Below, piece by piece: positions 40,630-52,576 of a DNA stretch of 64,000 nt. The first letter of the stretch is position 1, and the number at the start of each line of letters is the position of its first letter. Under the pieces are notes generated by a model. It was given only the letters and a program-made list of their open reading frames with translations. It did no database searches and was not told where the DNA came from. The stretch covers positions 242,730,001-242,794,000 of the forward strand of contig NC_067403.1 in the NCBI RefSeq assembly GCF_016432865.1, written 5' to 3'. The DNA comes from Antechinus flavipes (lineage: Eukaryota). The position numbers and the translations under genes were made by a program.

Positions 40630-41637
40630 GAATCTCTTTGAAATAATACTATGCAAACTATTTAGAAAAGTAGGTAACAGAGTCCTTTAAAATCTCTTAT
40701 ATGACAAAAATATGGTACTAATAGGAAAACTAGGAAGAGCCAAAACATAGAAAGAAAATTACAGATCAATCTCCCTAATGAATATTGATGCAAAAAATTT
40801 AAATAATATATAAGCAGAGAGATTATAGGCAATTTAGCAAGATTATGCTATGACCAAGTAGGATTTTTTACCAAGAACTTTTCAATATCAGAAAAAAAAA
40901 TTATTACCACAATCGACCATATCAATAACAAAACCAGCAGAAATCATATGATAATATGGATGCAGAAAACATATTTGACAAAATACATCACCCATTTCTA
41001 TTAAAAACACTAGAGAACATAGGGATAAAAAGAGCTTTCCTTAAAATAATAAGCATTATTTATTTAAATCAGAGGTAAAACAAGGTTGCCCATTATCACC
41101 ACTTTTATTCAACATTGCACTAGAAATGTTGGCTTTAGCAATAAGAAAAAGAAAAGAAAGTAAAGGAATTAGAATACACAATGAGGAAATAAAACTATCA
41201 CTGTAGATGATATGATGTTACAATTAGAAAATCCTAGAAAAGCATCCAAAAATATACTGGAAACAATTAGCCCTTTTAGCAAACTTGCAGTATATGAAAT
41301 AAACCCACACAAATCATCAGCATTTCTAGATATTACTGAAAAAAAAAAAAAAACATCAGCAAGAGATAGGAAGAAAAATTCCATTTAAAATAATTATGGA
41401 CAAAATAAAATATTTGGGTGTCTACCTGCCAAAACAAAGCCAAGATCTATATGAACCCAGTTACAAAACACTTTTCACCCAAATTAAGTCAGGTTTAAAC
41501 AATTGAAAACCTATAACTTGCTCATGGGAATATGAACGATTTTCAGACAATGAAATTGAAACTATAACCATGTGAAAAAATGCTCTAGATCATTATTAAT
41601 TGGAGAGATGCAAGTCAGAACCACTCTGGGTTACAAC
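40630..41637 (+). mobile_element. L1 ORF2 RT fragment with internal deletions
   Basis: CAATCTCCCTAATGAATATTGATGCAAAA, AAACAAGGTTGCCCATTATCACC (QGCPLSP) and AAAAAATGCTCTAGATCATTATTAATTGGAGAGATGC. Ends at the ERV LTR junction. Confidence 0.88.
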
Positions 41638-41905
41638 TGTGCATGTGCTAATTATATACTACCCATACTACTGCATTATAAACTTGCTATTATGTGTAGC
41701 CGCCTCGTTGCTACTTAGTATAACTCTGCTTCAATTACAACACAGGTTGTCACCTCCCCCACTTCTCAGGAAGGCCCCCAAGATGCCCCCAAGGGGGATG
41801 AGAGCCAAACCAGACTCAGCAGGTTGCCTGGCTGAACTGGAGGGTCTTATATCTCACCCAGAGCTCCCCCACTAACTGTGGCCCTCTACATCTCCCACTA
41901 TTTTT

Positions 41906-42300
41906 GTTTTATATTGAAGCAGGTATATACCAGTGGTTAAATCCATCAGCATGCGAGGAATCACACAGGCAAGTAGTAATATAACAAGCAATATGAATAA
42001 ACAAGCTACTATAAAAGACTTCCATGAATCCCAGAAGGAATATATAGAAAATATCTATTGTTATTTCTCTAATCCATTGAGCCCCCTCAGTGTACATTTG
42101 TGGTCACTTGCTGTGAATTATTGATATATATACCACAAGGGGAATATATAATCACACATATAGCTCTTTCTGAAGCCAAGAGACAGTCAAAATCAATCTA
42201 TTGTCAATTACTTCACATGTCAGGGAATCCTATGATGCCTGCAGGTTTTGAAGTCCTGCATCAATCTGATTAACAATTATTTTTATGGTCATGGTGATGT
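41906..42300 (-). pseudogene. ERV env transmembrane subunit fragment
   Basis: LQNLQAS*DSLTCEVIDNRLIL/DCLLASERAIC is ISD-like. SFWDSWKSFIVACLFILLVILLLACVIPRML is the membrane anchor. Frameshifts are needed to join these. Confidence 0.7.
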
Positions 42301-42439
42301 TCATTAGTCAATTACCATACACATAGGGCTAACAGCCATGTTCTTTCAGTGGTAGACATAGTCAGAGATGAAGCCACCTGATATTTCTTGTGTCTTCCCC
42401 TTTGTTTCAAGGGTCCTTTCTTTTTCCACCACTGTCAAA

Positions 42440-43215
42440 TTGACCAGACAGATGTGGTATGTCAGCACCTATCAGATTCCTTCTCCATCTGTAGACACAC
42501 AAGCAAACTCTCTGCCCTATGTGGTTAATCTGTCTCACCCCTTCCATTCACCACTGTCCAGATCTCTCCACATCACCTGCTGATTATCTAAAGATAGTGG
42601 AGCTGCTCGCACTGACACTGCTCTTCAGGTAGGCTATGAAACCTGTCTGCCAGAGCCAGTGAATCTTCATTAAAAAAAAAAAAAAGATAGTGTAAAGAGC
42701 TAGGTTTAGAAATTCTCTAGGGTTGCCTGTGGCTCCCCCTTTCTTTTGTTTTTGGAGGAATGTCTTGATAGCTCAGTTCCTTCTTTCTACTATTGGCTGT
42801 CCTTGAGGATATGCCAGTGGTGTGTGAAATCTGATACTGTACACAAAAGTGTACGAAATGTTTGGAAGTATATGCAGGTCCATTATCTGTTTTTATTACT
42901 TCTGGCATGCCCATAACTATAAAGACCTGTATAAAGAATTCATCTTTATTTTGCTGCTGGTATTGCAAAAGTAAATCCTGAAGCGTCCACTATAACGTGA
43001 ATAAAAGCTAGATGGCCAAAAGATTTACAATGCATCACATCCATCTTCCAAATTTCATTAAGTTTCAAACCATGAGGATTCTTCCCTGGAAGGAGCATAC
43101 GAACATAGAAAGGAGGGCAAGCTGTACAGACTTTTACTATACTCCTAGCCTCCTCTTTTGTTATCCCAAACTGCAGATGTAAAGGTCATGCAGTCTGATG
43201 ATAATTTAGAAAGAG
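42440..43215 (-). pseudogene. ERV integrase, frameshifted, with stops
   Basis: CxxC of the zinc finger, the D,D(35)E motifs WKMDV, KTDNG and VER, and a C-terminal WRDL..GREFACVS are spread over several frames. Confidence 0.88.
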
Positions 43216-43690
43216 ATTCTTGGGCTGCCTGAAATAAAGGAGTATTGGCTAACATAGTGAGATGGCTATCTGCCTTTGACTTATCATCAAAAATAGGATC
43301 TGGAAATCCACAATGAGAGTGGACATGCAAAATATAAATCTTACCTGGATGCTTTCTCACTTGCTCTTGAAGTTCCTTAAAAAGCTGATATATATTGGAA
43401 GGTACAAATTTTATTTGGGCTGTGGCAATTCTTTGTACCACATCTATTGAATAGGCCAAATCAGATATTATATCTACATCTTCTGGAAAATAAGTAAGAG
43501 CTAGTACAATTGCATACAACTCATTCTGCTGAGTGGACTGAAAGGAAGTTCTGACTACTCTTTTTATAACTAATTCAGGAGAATATATAGCACAAATGTT
43601 AAGTTTGGATGTATCTATAAGTATGGTCAGTTCTTTAAGAGATATTTTGGAAACTTTTTCTTCAAAAATCCATGGCCAGTTATGTAATAG
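43145..43690 (-). pseudogene. ERV pol RNase H segment, stop-free for ~181 codons
   Basis: Extends the provided 43145..43519 ORF upstream to a stop at 43691-43693. The acidic RNase H residues (IDTS, NEL, ISDL, KADS) are retained. Confidence 0.85.
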
Positions 43691-46600
43691 TCAGGCTAAC
43701 TTTAAGGAAGCTGCGTGTAAAATTTGGACCTGTCTTCAATAAAATTTTCCGTTCTGGGATGGTTTCACTTTTTTTTTACATTATTTGTTTGTACATGTGT
43801 ATAAAAGGTATATATCTTATCAGGTCCTATCCCAGATAATTGAACTACTTGCTTTATGGCCTTTAATAAGATTCTAGCCACAAGCACTGGATAAAGGATA
43901 AGGCTTTAGTCTGGTTATACTGTTTTTGCTATAGATTTCTAGTCATTAGGGGTTAGGATTTCATAAGCCAAATTCTCTAATAATATCTTAACATAAGGTG
44001 ATACAGACTCATAGAAGGTACAAGTCTTTTTTAGATTTTTGATGATTTCCAGATTAAAAGGAGTATATCTTCTCCTGATTTGACCTGGAGGTTCATTAGG
44101 GTCAGGTTCTTCAATCACAATGCTTCCATTCTCAGTCCAAATGTATCCAGTCTTTCCTCCCTTGCTTTAATGCCTCTTGTAATTAGGACATATGAGAAGG
44201 GCAAAACTGCTGCACATGGGTGGTGCAGATAATGTCACCACCCCTCCTGCTACTCCTTTTCCTAACCAAGAAGGTGGAGTTGAGGGAGGAGTGTCAGGAA
44301 GCAGAGGATACTTAAGGGCACATGCAAGGGCATAGGCAGAAGTGAAGGAGAGCTGAAAAATGGAGAAGTGCCATGCCCCTCAAACCTTCCAGCACAGTAT
44401 CAAACAATATAAACAAACAAGATAATATAAAAGATTTGCTTAGCTCCATCCCATGCTGTCTACTCTCTAGGCTACAGGCACCAACCCTCCGCTTGTCTTT
44501 CTCCTCATACTTCCTTGTTTGACATCACATAAATAAGACTTGCTATATCACTCTTCTACTTCCATTATTATACATTCTGAAAATTCCTTTTCTGCTCATA
44601 ATGTCTTGGTCTAGTGTTTTTTTTTCTATGCCAGAACATTTTAATCATTTTTGTGTTAATCATATGTATGTGTATACGTGTGTTTGTTCTTAATAAGTAC
44701 ATACAGGCTGAATAGTGAATCCTGTGCCCCTCTATTCTCAGAATAATATTTGAAAGACATGAAATAATATTTTATATCAGATTATGATGGAGACCAGTTA
44801 TGTAGAAATGCATTTATTAAAATGATAAAGGAATAATGTTGTAGATGTCCAAGTTAAAAATTTATCTTTTCATCTTTTAAAATCCATGTTTTCATAGTTC
44901 ACTAAATGTAGTTTTGACTTGTTTTTCTTTCTTTAGAATCTTGACCTTATAAATAAATATTTGAAGCTTTGAGGAGAAAGATGGCAAACTAAAGATCAAG
45001 ATTTCCATAAAACCACACTTATCATTTCTGACTTGGTTATGTTAGATGTGTGACAATCAAGTTACACTATGTGGATATTTGTTATTTACATAACATGTGA
45101 GCAATGCATTCCTTTAGACACTAGTAGAAGTGAAACATAGATGACCAAGGAAGCCAGATATAATGACCCATTATTATGAAATTATGCAGGCTATTTATGA
45201 AGATGTAATCAAAATAATTATTAAGACATCAGCAGCACTGCCTAATTCCCTTACAGACTACCTCATATTAGCGTTCCATCTCTGCATTATTAAAATAGGG
45301 ATATTATAAAATACTAGATTTTCATGCTTACTCACCTCCAGAGAATTGAGAGTTTGGAAATGGAATACAAGTAGAAAGGGAGATTGAAACAGAGATGTTA
45401 TGTCCTTCAATACATGTTTCTAATTCCTCTTGATTTTATCATGTTTTTGCTAATCACATTAAACAAAATTCTTAAGGCCTTTTAGGAAATGAGTAGAACA
45501 TGGGTGGGTGATGTAATTATAAAAAAAAAAATAGATATGCATCTACTTCACTTACTCTTTTATTTATGTGGATTAAAATATTAAAATTTACTGTTAAGGA
45601 AATTAACAAGTCTTTGTATTATTATGAAATAATTTTAACTGTCAAAATCTTTAGAAAAATTCTAGCAATAATTTTGACAGTTTTGAGGCAACATCTTGAA
45701 AACTGGAAAATTGATGGATGATTAAAAAATTAAATAGTAGTTATAAAACCCAACCATGATATTAAAAATTCATGTAAAATAAATCTTCCTCTCATCTAAA
45801 TGTATATATGGATTAATATATTGATTTAGATAGATATGAATATAGATTTACATTATTATTTGATATATCAGAATAATGATGAATGCATGGTTTGCTTAGG
45901 TATTATTATTAATCTTACCAAAGAGTTTTGTTCTATTAGTATAAAAGAAATGGAAAAGATGAACAAATGGTGGTTAGATGAAAACACAATTAAATGAATT
46001 TAGAACTCAATTCATTTTGAAAGGAAGCCTTTATCTCAACTGGGTTTGTGTTTCTTTGATTTCAACACTGCTTTCCTTCTCCATTCCAAAATCAGCCAGC
46101 AAGCTATCATATAGCATGCATATATATATATATATATATAGCATTCCATCTCCTTTGCAATTCTTATCTTCATCAAATAGTATTTTTGGCAAACTTAGAG
46201 TGTCATCTTTTACATGAGATGAGTAGTAATTTTTCATATACTCTCACCGTACAAGGCTCCCTCTAAAATTAGATTTTGTTTTGTTTATCTTTTTGCTTAT
46301 ACTTCTGAATGTACATATTTTTCCTCTCAAATAAAGTATAAACTTCATGAGAGCAAAAGTGAGTTTTTCCCTCTATTCACCATGTGAAGCATTCAGTCAG
46401 TCAACAAATATTTATTAAGTACAATATTCTTGACTTTGTAAACAATGCCTGAAACAGAAGAGGCACAGACAAAATACTTAGTAGATGTAACTGGTCTTTT
46501 AAATGAAAACTATTTCCATATTGACATTTCAATTTTTGAAAAAAATCTGATGCTTGCATTATTTGTATAGTATATATTAAAATATGAATGATATAATACA

Positions 46601-46906
46601 GTCTTTTCATTGAAACTATGTCTTCTATTTCTCTTCTATTATTTCTTCATAAACTATACTTAAAAATAACTTAAGTAAGCTAATTACATATATTGCCACT
46701 AGGAAGCCCCTTTCAGCATTAAAAGAAATCAAACAGGAAAATAGCCCAATGTAGTTTTGCTGAATGCTAGATAACAGTTTTTTTTTTTTTTTTTAAAGTA
46801 TATGCTTGAATTTTCCTTGCATTGATCAACAAAATCTTTCTGTGGATATTTTCCATTCTTCCCCCTCACACATAACTTTGAGTCTGGTAGTTTTATTAGA
46901 TGGCCA

Positions 46907-47836
46907 TTACTGGGCATCCACAATCTCCTTTTGGCTGAATAATTTCTTGATGGCATTTTTCATTTGAGCATTTCTTAGTGTGTAGATTAAAGGGTTTAAC
47001 ATGGGAGTGATCATAGTATAAAAAACGGCAACAGCTTTATCAACAGGAAAGGTTGTTGCAGGCCTCAGATAGATAAAAATGCATGGAACAAAGAATAAGA
47101 CAACTACAGTAATATGGGAGCCACAGGTGGAGAGGGCTTTGCGTCTACCCTCCAAACTGTGAGCCTTCAGAGAACTCAGGATGACAGCATAGGAGATCAT
47201 TAAGAGGAGGAAGTTTAAAAAACAGATGAAACCACTGTTGGCTACAACAAATAATCCAAGGATGTGAGTGTCAGTGCAGGCAAGGTTCAACAAAGGATTT
47301 AAGTCACACATAAAGTGATCTATGACATTGGGACCACAGAAGGGTAATTGGACCAGGAACAGCATCTGTATAGTTGCATGAAGTAAGCCTCCTATCCACA
47401 CCACACCCATCAAGAGGCTACGTAATCGCCAATTCATGATGCTCATATAGTGCAGGGGCTTGCATATTGCCACATACCAGTCATAGGCCATTACTGTGAG
47501 CAGGATGACCTCAGCCCCTCCAAAGAAATGTTCTCCAAACACTTGTATCATACAACCATTGAAGAAAATGGTTTTCTTTTCATAGAGTGAGTCTATAATT
47601 AATTTAGGTGTGTTAACAGATGAATAACAAGCATCTATAAAGGACAGATAAGCAAGAAAAAAGTACATGGGGGAATCCAAACTAGGGTTGATGACAATAG
47701 TAATGACAATGAGTATATTACCCACCATTGTTATAACATATATAATGGAAAACACAACAAAAATAATTTTCTGCATCTCTGGATTCTCCGTGAGCCCCAA
47801 TAGGATAAATTCAGTCACGTTATTTCCATTACCCAT
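46907..47836 (-). CDS. Olfactory receptor OR4C13/OR4C46-like, 309 aa, open frame but DRY changed to DWY
   Basis: Paralog of 22604..23530. The motif reads [10 protein letters not shown] (GAC TGG TAT). Confidence 0.93.
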   Translation of the reverse strand: MGNGNNVTEFILLGLTENPEMQKIIFVVFSIIYVITMVGNILIVITIVINPSLDSPMYFFLAYLSFIDACYSSVNTPKLIIDSLYEKKTIFFNGCMIQVFGEHFFGGAEVILLTVMAYDWYVAICKPLHYMSIMNWRLRSLLMGVVWIGGLLHATIQMLFLVQLPFCGPNVIDHFMCDLNPLLNLACTDTHILGLFVVANSGFICFLNFLLLMISYAVILSSLKAHSLEGRRKALSTCGSHITVVVLFFVPCIFIYLRPATTFPVDKAVAVFYTMITPMLNPLIYTLRNAQMKNAIKKLFSQKEIVDAQ

Positions 47837-50800
47837 TTATTCCATATAGATGTTGAATTCAAGCAAGAGTTATTTTAACTGTAAAGAAAGTAAAAAAAAA
47901 AAAAATCAGTAAGGGAGTCCTTATAGGACTTTGCTCTAGAAAGTTTTCATAGAAAGAGTCTGGTCTGATGATTACATTCATATACAAAATGGCCTTGTCC
48001 TTTGGTAAACTTAACTCTGAATCTCTGTGCTTTTAAACTTAAAGTGTCTGAGTGAAGAGATATATGCTTTGATGCAAAAGTTTCAAAAGTCAAGAGGACT
48101 TGGGTTCAAATCCCCCTCAAATGTACACTACTGGAAATTATAGCAGCTATCATTTACAGAATACATGAAAAGTACTATTTAATCAGTTTATACTTGTAAT
48201 TGCTCTATAAATTAATTTGCAGATGCTATCTCATTTCATAACAACACTTTGAGATGGATACTATAATTCTACTCATTTTAGAGATAAGGAAATTGAGCCT
48301 AGGAAAGTTTAAGTTATTTTATCCAAGAAACAGCTAATAAGTTTCTGAGACAGGATTTGAACTCAGGTTGTCCAGATTTCAAGTCCATCATTCTATACAC
48401 CTAGTTATATGACTCTAACCATATTAGTTAATCTATGTTTCCTCCTGTTTCCTCATCTGAATAATCATGGGGCAGGGTGATTCCTTCCCTTCTAGCTGTG
48501 AATGTTCTTATGATATGATTAGATTAGATACCTCACTGAGTACTTATGGCAACAGTGCTTTTTAAACCTTATAAGGCCATTTTAAAGGAGCATTCCATCA
48601 AAACTCTCATGCTATTTCTCTAAACAAAATACTGATGTGGCCCAGCTGATAATATATTTTAAATAGCTTGGGAATTCACCAAATGTTGGGAAAGAAACGA
48701 TAAAGACTGATTTAATATCTTAAGATTAAGTGTCTATTAAAAATCATAGACATCTCTTCTTGGTCTTTGACTATTTAATATTTCTACCATCTACTTGGAT
48801 TAAGACCTATTTGATATTAATAATCTATTCACAAATGACATAAACCTTGGGGGGGGGCAGGGAATAAGTCAATAAATTGTAATAAAGTAAGAATCAACTT
48901 AAAGTTCCCTTGGCTTTTAAAATATCATTTTCAAAGTGATAAATTGATCAAAGTTTGGTTAGATAATTTTTTTCTGAATTGGTGATTTCTAAGCTCCTTA
49001 TGAATCAACAGTGTGTTGTGACAAGCTAATGTGATTTTAGGGTGTCATATTGAAATCTTTGCTTAGAGGAATCAGGATGATATAGTTCCTCTTCACTCTT
49101 CTAGCTACAGTTCACATTTGGAGTATTCTGTTCAATTTCACATGACATATTATTTGAAGAATATTAACAAATGGTAGGTTTTCTATAGGAGGAAAAGTGT
49201 GATAATTGGAGGGTGTTAATTTTGTTTTATGAAGATGGATTGAAGCAAATTAGCATGTTGCAACTTTAAGTAAAAATTTTAAAAGAGCACCTAAAAGTTG
49301 CCATGTGTAGTGGGTAATGAATTTATTCCCTAACTCCCCCGACTATAAAACTTGCAGCTAGTGCTGAAAATTTTAAAACAGTCATAGCATCATAGTTTCT
49401 TGCAAAGAAATTTAATTCTGAAATATTTTAATTTTGTGTTGCTTTTTCAGTTGAAATATATTTCCCATGGAACCCATAGAAATATTTCCAGGAAACATGA
49501 TGTTTTTCTTTCCTTTCTATCTTATATATACATATATTTCTGCTTTTGTATTAAACAATGCATTTAACAAACATTTACAACCTACTTCATCCCTCCCATG
49601 TGACTGTGAACATTAAAAAAGACAACAGGTGAGAAATGTTTTCATTAAATATATAGAACACAGACATCTTTTTTAAAAAAAATCAACAGACCTAATTGAC
49701 TGGAATGGATTGTTCATATATTAAACTTTTAAATTAAAATATTTAAATATTAATTTTAAATAATAAAGGTATCTAATGGCTTGTTGCTATATTTGCAATA
49801 AATGACAGATTTAGGATCCTATCCTGATAATGAATAGCTATGTAAAATGAGGAAAGTTCTTAAGATGGAAGTTTTAGGTTCATATTGTGGTACTAACTAT
49901 TGTCATGACAACTAGGGAAGAGGAAAGACTAGAGTGAGAGATGATAACCCGATGTCCTTAAAATTTTATGACACCTCTGTTGAGTATTCCATCTGAAATG
50001 ATCAGCTTTATCTTTAACAAATGTGTGCTCTTTTCATTTTCTTCCATACTCGTCTTCCACTCAAAGAAACAAATCTCTCACCAGAAGAAATTTCACTAAA
50101 GACCAACAATATCTTCAATACTAATTAAGATCTTTTTTTTAAAAACACAATAGAGGAATAAAGGGAGTTGGCTTATATGTTCCCCACTAGCACATTTAAA
50201 CCTCTCCCACTCCTATTGCAATCTATTAGCTGCCTGTTTTTTTTTTTTTTTTTTTTTTTGTTAAGATTTGTCTACCTGTCTATCTAAACATACCTATAAT
50301 TATACTTATACCATCTATCTCTAACAAATACATTATGTATTTTGTATTATTAATTACATAATATTAATTATATATAATTATGTATTCCTATGTATATATT
50401 TATCTACCACCACCATATCCACTATATTCTATATTGCCTTTTTTCACTTCTCAAATTGCATCTATCTGATTTTTGAAACAAAGATAAAATTTTCTGGCAT
50501 CCCCTGCAATATGGAAGAAAGTAAATATCTAGGAGCAGCAAAGTAAACTTATTCTCCAATTACTAATGCTTCATATTTTATTATGACATTTTACCAAATA
50601 TGCGTATACATTTCAAGAGTTTAAGATTGTGAATAATTCCAATTTAAAAATAGCTTTTTAAAGGCAGTGCAGTCTCACATAAGTTTTAGAAAACCTGTCA
50701 CAGAATCACTGCATCTGTCTCTGTTACCTTTTATGCCATCTTTACTCTTCAGATACTTTGCCTGTGAAATGTAAATAAATCTCTTTTATATGATGGTTTA

Positions 50801-51129
50801 CATTTTATCAAGAACTTTCTTCCCACCCAACCTCAGATGCTATTCATGAAAGATATTATTATTTTCATTTTGCAGAGAAGGAAACTGAGGGTCATAAAGA
50901 TAAAGGGTAAGAAATGATCAAAATTTGATTTGTCTGAATCACTGCAATTTAAGCGTCCACCCAAAGAAACTTTAGTAGAACTGATACTTACTTTGCTTGA
51001 TATTTTTCATATTTATTTCTTCTATGCCTTATTTCATGATTTTTAATGGATTTATTCTACAGCACAAAATTGGATTCTTAAAAGAAGCCTAGAAGCAAGC
51101 AAGAAATATAGCTTAATATATGTGGAACG

Positions 51130-51147
51130 ACTTACCCTAGTCTGATG
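51130..51147 (-). other. Candidate 5' UTR exon splice donor (ACTAGG|GTAAGT)
   Basis: Conserved with 28635-28652. Confidence 0.55.
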
Positions 51148-51537
51148 TATGGATAGCAAAGCTTTCTCAAGTATTCAAGCAAATTTTAATTTTCATGACA
51201 ATGTTTTCATTAGATAGGAAGATGGTGGCAATGGTTCAACCATAGAGTCAGTCAGTTATTAATTTTTAATACAGGTATTTTCAGAATTCTTACCTGTAGA
51301 TCTCTATCAATTTCCATATAGGAAAACTTAACCTTATTCAGTATCATGTTCTCTAATGCTAAAAACAACAAAAATTACAAAATAAAATAAAAAACCCACC
51401 CTCCAACATTGAGATGTTATGGAGGTCTACACATGCCTTTATGAAAACAGTAAGAAATGACTTTAAATGACCATCTATGTTTTAACCTCCTCTCGCATCA
51501 CTTTGTATTGATAAATGGAATTAAATTGCATATTATA

Positions 51538-51593
51538 AGGTTTAGGGACCTATTTTCATGCCCAGATTGTACTCCCAGAGAAATTAATTATCA
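51538..51593 (-). promoter_or_regulatory. Candidate OR promoter element for the 46907-47836 gene
   Basis: TCCCAGAGA followed by AATTAATTA; paralog of 28998-29055. Confidence 0.5.
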
Positions 51594-51987
51594 GAGGCTT
51601 TGTCCTAATAGGTACATTATTTTGGGAATGTGTTTGGGTAATAATGCTGATATATCCAGGTCATTCTTCACTCTAAATTGGGAGGCATCAATTTTATGCC
51701 ATAGAAAAAGAAGAATGAAATGTTCCCATTAATATTTTAGGATCTGGTTCACCAAAGATACACTTTCCATTATAAGTCAGGAACAATCAGGGAAGACCAT
51801 ACCAATAATATAGCCCTAGTACACCCTTCAAATCAGCTTAATGAAAATGGATTACTGTGGATCCATTTAATCTGTGAACTCATCTGACATTTTACAGTTT
51901 AGATGTTTTGGTCAAATACATCATTAGGCATAAGGAAATAATGACTTGGTATCTAAAAATGTAAATGAAAGTCTTTTATCATGTTTC

Positions 51988-52576
51988 TGATGAAGTCTAA
52001 ATATGGGGCACCTAAATGAAATTAGGGTTTAGTTGAGGTCTAGTGGCAGGTTTGGGGTACAGGGAGTCAAATAGAGTTCCCCTGAAACCCCTTTGTATTT
52101 GGCGCAAGGATACGGCGTTAAATGAAGTCTAGTTATGGCACAAGGGTTCTCAATAAAGGAATTTATTGGCCCTAAAAGCTAGATTGATAAAAGAGATTTA
52201 TTATGGGGTTTGGAAGTAAGGTTAAAGTATAGTTAAGGAAATAGGTAAAGGTGGAGATAAGAAGGGCACTGGGCACAGAGTTCCAGTGGACAGAGGGTCT
52301 TGGCATGGCAGGCGTAAGGCTGACATGTTTGGAACCTCTGCAAAGAGGGAGTCCCAGTTTGGCTCTTTTATAATGGGAGATTTAGCTAGAGGGGTCTGTG
52401 GGTATAGTCCCAACTTGGCTCAGATCCCTGTGGGGCTGAGACAGGCCCAGATCTTCTATTGGAATTCAAAGGGACCAGGATCTGTGAATCAAAAGGTCCT
52501 TGATTGATAATTACATCAACTAGGAGGGGCTGGGAATCAGAAAGCAAGGAATCTTAAAGGGATCAAAACCACATCA
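51988..52576 (-). mobile_element. Solo LTR (~590 bp)
   Basis: GC-richer block with TGATG...CATCA termini. On the minus strand there is TATAAAA (~52365-52371) and AATAAA (~52196-52201). It is absent from the paralogous region near 29480. TSD is imperfect (GTTTC/GAATC). Confidence 0.75.

Larger units (their letters stand above)
41638..44525 (-). mobile_element. Internally deleted endogenous retrovirus remnant: partial gag, pol (RT connection, RNase H, integrase), env TM, PPT and partial 3' LTR
   Basis: Manual minus-strand translation gives gag capsid RRYTPFNLEIIKNLKKTC..SPYVKILLENLAYEILTPND (~44075-43925), connection YPVLVARILLKAIKQVVQLSGIGPDKIY, RNase H LTILIDTSK..STQQNEL..IISDLAY..KADS, integrase [40 protein letters not shown] and env NRLILDCLLASERAIC plus a hydrophobic anchor. 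A purine tract AAAAATAGTGGGAGA precedes TGTAGAGGG. Confidence 0.9.
44540..51985 (+). repeat. Ancient segmental duplication unit B2 (OR5 locus)
   Basis: Collinear with 19950-29500. Confidence 0.85.

Noticed and set aside
41600-41875. 91-aa plus-strand ORF
   Set aside because: It spans the L1/LTR junction antisense to the LTR and has no protein motif.
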